Below, one piece after another: positions 55,855 through 64,000 of a stretch of DNA of 64,000 bases. Each line of letters starts with the position of its first letter. Positions within the stretch are counted from its first letter, which is position 1. Below the pieces are notes generated by a model. That model made no database searches, was not told the DNA's origin, and saw only the letters and a program-made list of their open reading frames with translations. The position numbers and the translations under genes were made by a program. Source of the DNA: Myxococcota bacterium (GTDB lineage: Bacteria; Myxococcota_A; UBA9042; PHBI01; JAWLBL01); NCBI GenBank assembly GCA_041687695.1, contig JAWLBL010000015.1, positions 67,627-131,626 of the forward strand, in the 5' to 3' direction.

Positions 55855-57369
55855 CTACTTCTTCAGGCGTCGGCCCTGGGCGTCGTACTCGTAGATGGGC
55901 AGGCCCAGGCCCTCGAGCTCGGCGCGGATGGCCTTCAGGTCGCCCGCCACCACGACGATCATCTGCTTGGGGTCCAGGAAGGTGTTCGCGCTCCCCTGCG
56001 CCGCCGACAGCGTGACCGCCTCGACCCGCGACGGGTAGGCGGTCAGCCAGGTGTTGGGCAGGGGATAGCCGGCTACGGTCGAGATCTGGCCGGCCACGGC
56101 GCCCATGGTCTCGAACTGCCCCGGGTAGCCCAGCAGGAGGCCCCCCGAGGCCTGCTCGAGCTCCTCGGCGCTGATGGGTCGGGTGTCCTTGATCTCGGCG
56201 ATCTCCTTGAAGATCTCGTCCAGACTGGCGCGCGTCGTCGGGCTCTCGACCCCCGCGTAGGCCAGCCAGAAGCCGGCCTCGCGGTAGCGCACGAAGTCGG
56301 TGCGCGCGCCGTAGGTGTAGCCCTTGTCCTCGCGCAGGTTCATGTTCACGCGGGCCGTGAAGGCGCCGCCCAGCACGCGGTTCATCACCAGCGCGTCGAA
56401 GTAGTCGCCGACCGCCTCGCCCCGCGGCATGGGGCCGGCGCGACGCGCCACCGCGATGGCCGACTGCGCGGCGCCCGGGTAGTCGACCACGTGGATGGCC
56501 GGGACGATGCGCGGCGCGGCCACCTTGCGCGGGGTCGCCGTCGGCGCGCCCTTCCAGGCGCCGAAGTGCTTGGTCAGCGCGGCCTCGACCTCGGCCCGCT
56601 CGAGGTCGCCCACGACGACCATCGCGGCGCCCTTGGGCGCGAACAGGGCCTTGTAGTGCTGCTTGACGTCGGCCAGGGTGATGCGCTCGAGGGTCGCGCG
56701 GGTCCCGTCCGCCGCCGTGCCCGCATAGCCGTCGCCGAACAGGGCGGTCCGCAGCACGTTGCCGCGGCCGGTCGGCGGGGCGGCCTCGTCGGCCAGCGCG
56801 GTGGCGATGCGCTGGGCCTTGCGGCGCTCGTACTCGGCGGGCGCGAAGGTGGGCGCCATCACGATGTCGCGCATCAGCGCCAGCGACGGGTCCAGCTTGT
56901 CGGCCAGCAGGTTCATGCGGACGGTGACGGTGTCGGTGTCCGCGCCGGCGGCGTAGTCGGTCGCGAGGCGCTGCAGGGCCTCGCTGAGCTCGAGCGCGCC
57001 CAGCCGGCCGGCGCCCTCGTCGAGCATGTCGGCGGTCAGGCTGGTCAGGCCGGCCTTGGCGGCCGGATCGGTCGCGGCGCCGCGGCGCAGGACCAGGCTG
57101 ACCGAGGCGAGGGGGGCCTGGTCCTGCTTCAGGTAGTAGACCTCGAGCCCGTTGGGCATGGTCCAGGTCTGCACGACCGGCGGGGCCCACTCGGGGGCGT
57201 CGCCCTGGGGCAGCGGCAGGCGGCTGCGGTCGACCGCCGCCGGGGCCTGCGCGGCGGGCTTGGCCGAGGTGGGGGTGGGCGTCGTCTGGGTGGCGGCCGC
57301 GCAGCCGGTGGCCAGCGGGGCGGCGAGGGCCGCGCCGAGCGCGGCGATGAGGAGGCGTGCGTGCTTCAC
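55855..57369 (-). CDS. M16 peptidase, non-catalytic subunit, lipoprotein
   Basis: Lipobox ATGC, NGLEV, RVNMNLREDKGYTYG, no HxxEH. GTGA overlap. Confidence 0.88.
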   Translation of the reverse strand: MKHARLLIAALGAALAAPLATGCAAATQTTPTPTSAKPAAQAPAAVDRSRLPLPQGDAPEWAPPVVQTWTMPNGLEVYYLKQDQAPLASVSLVLRRGAATDPAAKAGLTSLTADMLDEGAGRLGALELSEALQRLATDYAAGADTDTVTVRMNLLADKLDPSLALMRDIVMAPTFAPAEYERRKAQRIATALADEAAPPTGRGNVLRTALFGDGYAGTAADGTRATLERITLADVKQHYKALFAPKGAAMVVVGDLERAEVEAALTKHFGAWKGAPTATPRKVAAPRIVPAIHVVDYPGAAQSAIAVARRAGPMPRGEAVGDYFDALVMNRVLGGAFTARVNMNLREDKGYTYGARTDFVRYREAGFWLAYAGVESPTTRASLDEIFKEIAEIKDTRPISAEELEQASGGLLLGYPGQFETMGAVAGQISTVAGYPLPNTWLTAYPSRVEAVTLSAAQGSANTFLDPKQMIVVVAGDLKAIRAELEGLGLPIYEYDAQGRRLKK

Positions 57370-58727
57370 TGGGCGCCCTCCGAGCGGGCGGCCGACTGGG
57401 CGGCCGGGACGATGTCGACGCGCAGGGGGCGGTCGAGCTGGACGTGGCGGCCGGCGGCGGCGTGGACGTCGGCGGGCGACAGGGAGGTGTAGCGGCCCAG
57501 ATCGCGGTCCAGGTAGTCGGGCTGGCCGGCCACGTGCAGGTAGTTGCTGAGGATCTGGGCGCGGTCGAGCACCGCCTCGAGGCGCTGGAAGAAGGACTTG
57601 CGCCAGCCGTTGACGCTGCGCGCGACCTCGTCGTCGGTGGGCGGCGTGGCCAGCGCCTTGGCGAGCGCGGCCTCGAGGGCGCGGGCGACCTCGTCGGCGC
57701 TCTTTCCGGGGGCGGCGGTGGCCTCGACGACGAACATGCCGCCCATCATGCGCGAGTACTGGAAGGCGCTGACGTCTTTGGCGACCTTCTGCTCGTAGAC
57801 CAGCGGCTGGTACAGGCGGCTGGTCTTGCCGTCGGTCAGGACCGAGGCGAGCACGTCGAGGGCGGCGTCGCCGTCGGCGTACAGGGCCGGCGAGTGCCAG
57901 GCGAGGACGACCTTGGGCAGCTTGATCTTGTCGTCGGTGTGCACGACGTGCTTGCGCTCGGTCAGCGCGGGCGTCGCGGCCTTGGGGGTCGGGGCGCGCT
58001 GGCCGGCCGGGATGGCGCCGAAGTACTTGCGGACCAGCTCCTTGGCGGCCTGAGGCTCGAAGTCGCCGACGATGGTGACCACCGCGTTGGCCGGCACGTA
58101 GTACTGGCGGAAGAAGCCCTTGACGTCGTCCAGGCTGGCCGCGGTCAGGTCGGCGTGCGAGCCGATGGTGAGGTGCCGATAGGGGTGCCCCTCGGGGTAC
58201 AGCCCGGTCGACAGCGCCTCCCACAGGACGCCGTAGGGGCGGTCCTCGTAGTTCTGACGGCGCTCGTTCTTCACGACGTCGCGCTGGTTGTCGAGCTTGC
58301 CCTGCGTCAGCGCGGGCAGGAAGTGCGCCATCCGGTCGGACTCCATCCACAGCACGGTCTCGAGGTAGTTCGAGGGGACGCGCTGGTAGTAGTTGGTCCG
58401 ATCGGAGTTGGTCGTGCCGTTGATGCGGCCGCCGATGGGCTCGAAGGGTTTGAAGTACTCGTCGTCGTAGTGCTCCGAGCCCTGGAACATCAGATGCTCG
58501 AACAGGTGCGCGAAGCCCGTGCGGCCCTTCACTTCATGGGCCGAGCCGACGAAGTAGCGGACCTCGACGGCGACCACGGGCAGGCGCGTGTCGCGGCTGA
58601 GGAGCACGGTCAGGCCGTTGTCGAGCTTCATGGTCTCGACGGGCAGCTCGGGCGCGGCAGCCGTCGCCGGGGGTGGGACGGCGACCTGCGCCAGGGCGAG
58701 CGCGGTCAGAAGTGGGATCACGAGCAC
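57366..58727 (-). CDS. M16 zinc peptidase (insulinase family)
   Basis: GFAHLFEHLMF, ESDRM, VKNERR. Start approximate. Confidence 0.92.
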   Translation of the reverse strand: MLVIPLLTALALAQVAVPPPATAAAPELPVETMKLDNGLTVLLSRDTRLPVVAVEVRYFVGSAHEVKGRTGFAHLFEHLMFQGSEHYDDEYFKPFEPIGGRINGTTNSDRTNYYQRVPSNYLETVLWMESDRMAHFLPALTQGKLDNQRDVVKNERRQNYEDRPYGVLWEALSTGLYPEGHPYRHLTIGSHADLTAASLDDVKGFFRQYYVPANAVVTIVGDFEPQAAKELVRKYFGAIPAGQRAPTPKAATPALTERKHVVHTDDKIKLPKVVLAWHSPALYADGDAALDVLASVLTDGKTSRLYQPLVYEQKVAKDVSAFQYSRMMGGMFVVEATAAPGKSADEVARALEAALAKALATPPTDDEVARSVNGWRKSFFQRLEAVLDRAQILSNYLHVAGQPDYLDRDLGRYTSLSPADVHAAAGRHVQLDRPLRVDIVPAAQSAARSEGAQ

Positions 58728-58978
58728 CTCGCTGTCACGGTAGGGAGGATGGGGACGGGCCGCGGCTTCGGGCCCGGCGGTCATGTGCGAACGCGGGAGG
58801 AGCGATCGACGACACGCGGCGCACTGTCAACCCGCGGTGACGAGAGGTGTTCCCCAATTCCCGTGGGGCGTCACGCTTTCGGGCCGCGTCGCAATTGACT
58901 GATTGTGAATCGTCCGGCGGGCGTGTACCCTGGCCCGCAAACCTGCGCGCACCCCCACGCCCCTCTCCGGAGCCTTTC

Positions 58979-59632
58979 ATGAAGATCGCCGTCCTCGGGA
59001 CCGGCACCGTCGGTCAGACCATCGCCAGCAAGCTCGTCAGTCTGGGCCACGAGGTGCGTCTGGGCGCCCGGGACGCCTACAACCAGAAGGCCGTCGCCTG
59101 GGCCGGTCGCGCCGGGCCCCTGGCGTCGTTCGGCACCTTCGCGGACGCGGCGCGGTTCGGCGAGCTGGCCTTCAACTGCACCGCCGGCGTGGCCAGCCTC
59201 AAGGCCCTCGAGCTGGCCGGCGCCCCGGCCCTGTCCGGCAAGATCCTGGTCGACGTGGCCAACCCGCTGGACTTCTCGCGCGGCTTCCCGCCGACGCTGG
59301 CGGTGAGCAACCACGACTCGCTGGGCGAGCAGATTCAGCGCGCGTTCCCGGACACGCGGGTGGTCAAATCGCTCAACACCGTCAACAGCGAGGTGATGGT
59401 CGATCCGTCGCGGGTCCCGGGCGACCACGTGATGTTCGTGTGCGGCGAGGACGAGGCCGCCAAGGCGCGCGTCACCGAGATCCTGAAGGAGTGGTTCGGC
59501 TGGGGGACCGTGCTGGATTTGGGCGGCATCGGCAGCGCGCGCGGGATGGAGGCCTACCTGCTGCTGTGGGTCCGCATGTGGCGAGCGCTGGGCACCGGGG
59601 ACTTCAACGTGGGCGTGAGCTACGCGATGTGA
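58979..59632 (+). CDS. NADP oxidoreductase, F420-dependent family
   Basis: MKIAVLGTGTVG, DVANPL, VVKSLNT. Confidence 0.88.
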   Translation: MKIAVLGTGTVGQTIASKLVSLGHEVRLGARDAYNQKAVAWAGRAGPLASFGTFADAARFGELAFNCTAGVASLKALELAGAPALSGKILVDVANPLDFSRGFPPTLAVSNHDSLGEQIQRAFPDTRVVKSLNTVNSEVMVDPSRVPGDHVMFVCGEDEAAKARVTEILKEWFGWGTVLDLGGIGSARGMEAYLLLWVRMWRALGTGDFNVGVSYAM

Positions 59633-59742
59633 CGGGCCATCCGGCGTCGCAACATCGGCGCTGGGAGGGCGCGCGGACCTGCGGCTCTGGACATTGAGAG
59701 ACGCGCGGCCCGATCGGAGGGCCCGGGCTCGGCGGCGCCGCG

Positions 59743-60696
59743 TCAGCGCAGCAGCACGAGCAGCTTCTTGACCAGGGGATCGAGCTCCTCCTGGGTCAGA
59801 TCGAGGGCCAGCTCGACCTGCGCGCGCTTGGTGGTGACCTGCACCTTGGACAGGGCCGAGGCGAAGCCCATCAGGCGCATCTGCGGGTCGGCGGCGGCCT
59901 CGGCGAGGCCCTTGCGCGTCTCCTCGGCCATCTCGACGGCGGACTTGGCGTCGACGGCGCCCAGGCTGAGGCGGACCTTCAGGCCGTCGCCCAGATCGAA
60001 CGAGCCGGCGGCGCTCTGGAAGCGGCCGTAGAGCGGGTTGTCGCGGCCCATCTCGTCGCGCATGCCCTTGGGGACCAGCATGGCGAACCAGGCGTCGGCC
60101 TTGGTGTCGACCGCCTTGACCAGCTTCATCATGGCGGCGTTCTTCTCGAGCGAGGCGCCCTTGGGGGCGCGCGCCGCGATGGCGGCCTGGATGGCCGGGG
60201 TGTTGCCCGCCACGGCGTGGTCGCCGACGAACAGCAGGCCCCCGCCGTCGATCTCGTACCAGGCCTGGCCCAGGTGCTCGCGCGCCGTGGAGGGGGCGCC
60301 GCGCTTGTCCGAGAAGGCCAGCAGCTTGGGGCCGTCGATCTTGCCGCGGGCGAAGATGAGCGCGTCGCCCGGCGCCCCGCCGGACGTGAACGGCATCACG
60401 ATGGTCAGCGAGCGCAGGTCCTGGTGGACGTCGAGGCCGACCTCGGCGCGCAGCTCCTCGAAGCCGCGGCGCGTGGACTCGTCCTTGGTCAGCTCGGCGA
60501 CCGCGGCCGGGTAGGCGGGGTGTTTGCGCAGCTGCTCCAGATCGACGGACACGACCAGGGTCGAGTCCCGCGGCGCCATCTTCAGCGCGGCGCGGCCGTC
60601 GTCGGCCACCGCGGGACCGGCGGCGACGAACACGAAGAGCGCGGCCGCCAGCGCGACGGCGACCCGAACGGGCGAGCGGAGGGGGAGGGCGAGCAT
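59743..60696 (-). CDS. Exported hypothetical protein
   Basis: Signal peptide, host-like codon usage. Confidence 0.7.
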   Translation of the reverse strand: MLALPLRSPVRVAVALAAALFVFVAAGPAVADDGRAALKMAPRDSTLVVSVDLEQLRKHPAYPAAVAELTKDESTRRGFEELRAEVGLDVHQDLRSLTIVMPFTSGGAPGDALIFARGKIDGPKLLAFSDKRGAPSTAREHLGQAWYEIDGGGLLFVGDHAVAGNTPAIQAAIAARAPKGASLEKNAAMMKLVKAVDTKADAWFAMLVPKGMRDEMGRDNPLYGRFQSAAGSFDLGDGLKVRLSLGAVDAKSAVEMAEETRKGLAEAAADPQMRLMGFASALSKVQVTTKRAQVELALDLTQEELDPLVKKLLVLLR

Positions 60697-60898
60697 GGCA
60701 GGCTCCACGAGGCAGGGCGACACAGGCGCGGGACAGGCGCAGCATGGGCCGTAACGACGCTACGTCAAGCCAACGCTGCCCCTCCTCCAACGCGCCTCCG
60801 CCCCTCCTTCGTCCTCAGCGCCCCTCGCGACCACCCGGGCGACCAGCCGCGACGGGGGGCTTGGCCAGGGGCGCGTCGCTCGTGGTAGCTTCCGCGGC

Positions 60899-61588
60899 AT
60901 GTTGCTCGCCGCGGGCCTGATGTTGACCGTCCTCTTCGCCGCACCCGACGCGCGGCCGGCGGACGAGGTGCGCGCGGCCGCTCGCAAGGTGCTGGACGAC
61001 TCGGGGTACCAACGCCAGCTGCCCGCCGTCGCGCCGGAGGTCAGCGACAAACCGGCCTCGCCGCCTGTGACGCGTCGGCTCTCGCGCCCGGGGCCGGTGG
61101 CGCACATCGCCAGCTGGCTGCTGTGGATCCTGCTCGCGGGCGTCCTGGTCGTCGGGCTGCTGTGGCTGGCGCAGCAGTGGCGCGGCGGAGAGGCCGCCCA
61201 GGTCGACCTGGCCGCGACTACGCCGGGGACGGGCAGCCCGGCCCCGCCCCCGGTCCGCCCGCTGGGCGAGGCCGACGTCTTGGCCGAGACCGGCCGCTAC
61301 GCGGACGCCATCCACGTCCTGCTGCTCGCGGCCATCCGCGAGATGGCGCAGCGCCTGTCCCTGCGCATCCCCGACTCCGACACCAGCCGCGAGGTGCTCG
61401 GCGCCGCTCCCGTCGGCGCCGCCGGCCGCGACGCGCTCGGCCGTTTGGTCCGCGCCGTCGAGCTGACCCGCTTCGGCGACGCCGCGGCCGACGCCGACGA
61501 CTACGCCCGCTGCCTGTCGCACTACCGCCGCTTCGTCGCCGAGTGCGACGCGGCCGACCGCACGACCACGCCCGCGAGGGCCGCTTGA
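60899..61588 (+). CDS. DUF4129-like membrane protein
   Basis: GRYADAIHVL, TSRE, FG motifs. First gene of a MoxR operon. Confidence 0.7.
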   Translation: MLLAAGLMLTVLFAAPDARPADEVRAAARKVLDDSGYQRQLPAVAPEVSDKPASPPVTRRLSRPGPVAHIASWLLWILLAGVLVVGLLWLAQQWRGGEAAQVDLAATTPGTGSPAPPPVRPLGEADVLAETGRYADAIHVLLLAAIREMAQRLSLRIPDSDTSREVLGAAPVGAAGRDALGRLVRAVELTRFGDAAADADDYARCLSHYRRFVAECDAADRTTTPARAA

Positions 61589-62821
61589 CCGGAGCCACCA
61601 ACCCCTTCGGCCGCCGCGCCGCCTGGTGGATCGCCGGCCTGTGCGCCGTCTCGTTCGTCTTCGGGCTGGTCGCGGTCATCTTCGCCGAAGACCTGGGCGA
61701 CGGCGGCGCCGCCTCGGCCGAGGCCAACAGCTTCAGCCGCTCGGCCCTGGGGCACCGCGCCTTCGTCGACCTGCTGCGCGAGCTCGACGTCCCGGTGGTC
61801 GTCAGCCAGCACGCCTCGGCCGCCCGCGCGCGCGACGGGGCCCTGCTCGTCCTCGAGCCGGGCGACGCGAACGACCTGGACCGCGACCGCGACGGCCTGC
61901 GCGACCTGGTCTACGCCGACGCCCACGTCCTGCTGGCGCTGCCCAAGTGGCGCGGGGTGCCCGACCCGAACCGGCCCGGCCATTGGATCGCCCGGGCCGA
62001 GCCGCTGCCGACCAGCCACCCCGACGGCCTGCTGGGCGAGGTCGGCCTGGACGCCCGCGTCGTCCGCACGTCGGCCGCCCGCGTGCGCTGCGACGCCCCG
62101 CGCTACGGGGCGACGGTCGAGCTGCCCTCCCCGCAGCTCCTCGAGGACCGGGCCGACCAGCTCGAGCCCCTCATCACCTGCGACGGCGGCCTGCTCGCCG
62201 GCCTGACCTGGGACGACGACGGCCGCCGCCTGCTGGTCCTGGCCGACCCCGATCTCCTGGCGACCCACGGCCTGGGCCTGGCGGACAACGCCGTCGCCGC
62301 GGTCGCCCTGGTCGACGCGCTCCGCGACGGCGGCCCGGTCGTGCTCGACGAGACGCTGCACGGCTTCATCCGCCGCCCCAGCTTCTGGCGGCAGCTCGCC
62401 GAGTTCCCCCTGGCGCTCGCCACCCTGCACGGCCTGCTGCTGCTCGCCGTCGGCCTGTGGGCGGGCCTGCGCCGCTTCGGCCCGGCCCTGCCGCCGCCGC
62501 CCGCCATCGCCCCCGGCAAGGGCTTCCTCATCGCCAACACGGCCGACCTCATCGAGGTGGCCGGCCACTCGCGCGCCTCGCTCCAGCGCTACTGGGTCGC
62601 CACCCGCGCCGAGGTCGCCCGCGCCCTGCACGCGCCCGCCGGCCTGGACGCGCCCGCCCTGCGCGCCTGGCTCGCCTCGCTCTCCGGCGGCCGCCACGCC
62701 GAGCGCCTCGCCGCCGCCGAGGCCGCCGTCGACGCCGCCACCGCCTCCGACGCCCCCGCCGGGCGCCGCCACCTGCTCCGCGCCGCCCGCCTCGTCCACG
62801 CCTGGAAGGAAGACGTCCTCG

Positions 62822-62844
<23 letters not shown>
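61585..62844 (+). CDS. DUF4350-like membrane protein
   Basis: TTGA overlap, N-terminal TM, LADPDLL, LDETLHG, RRFGP. Confidence 0.7.
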
Positions 62845-63808
<964 letters not shown>

Positions 63809-63816
63809 GCCGTCCG

Positions 63817-64000
63817 ATGCGGATCACCCCCACCCGGCGCGCCCTCCTGCTCTTCGCGGCCGGCCTGCCCGTGGCGCTGCTGCCGGCCCTCGTCTCGGCC
63901 TCGCTCTGGCCCGTCTGGCTGGCCTGGGTGGCGGCGCTCGTCCTCCTCATCGGCGCCGATCTCGCCCTGGGCCTCCCCCGCCGCCGCCTGCAGGTCCAGC
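63817..64000 (+). CDS. Probable DUF58 protein, truncated by window
   Basis: MRITPTRR followed by TM helices, directly after moxR. Confidence 0.65.
   Translation, partial: MRITPTRRALLLFAAGLPVALLPALVSASLWPVWLAWVAALVLLIGADLALGLPRRRLQVQ

Overview
Very GC-rich bacterial DNA whose gene content suggests Myxococcota (inference). The centre (about 16.3-41.3 kb, all minus strand) is a complete type 6 BREX anti-phage locus: brxE-brxA-brxB-brxC-pglX-pglZ-brxD-brxHI. It carries two nested, visibly lower-GC inserts. The first is an ABC-ATPase + TOPRIM-like pair (PARIS/RloB-like) between brxC and pglX. The second is a four-gene cassette between pglX and pglZ: an HTH-like protein, a DUF2290-like protein, an Hsp70-like ATPase fused to an McrB-type AAA+ domain (apparently circularly permuted), and an McrC-like protein with an atypical active site. 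Immediately upstream of brxE lies a 7 x 42-bp array of palindrome-containing repeats. It starts just after an uncharacterised helical-protein gene and ends on a predicted -35 box of the BREX promoter. The left flank is a protease-themed surface locus: a thioester alpha-2-macroglobulin divergent from ECF sigma, zinc anti-sigma, caspase-like protease, a Cys-rich lipoprotein and a giant antistasin-like/Kazal repeat lipoprotein. The right flank is ordinary chromosome: CotH kinase, PAS/GAF histidine kinase, M1 and M16 peptidases, a CreBC-like two-component system, a MoxR operon and two REP-like repeat clusters. I saw no rRNA, tRNA, integrase, transposase or canonical CRISPR array. All calls come from reading motifs by eye, without database searches.
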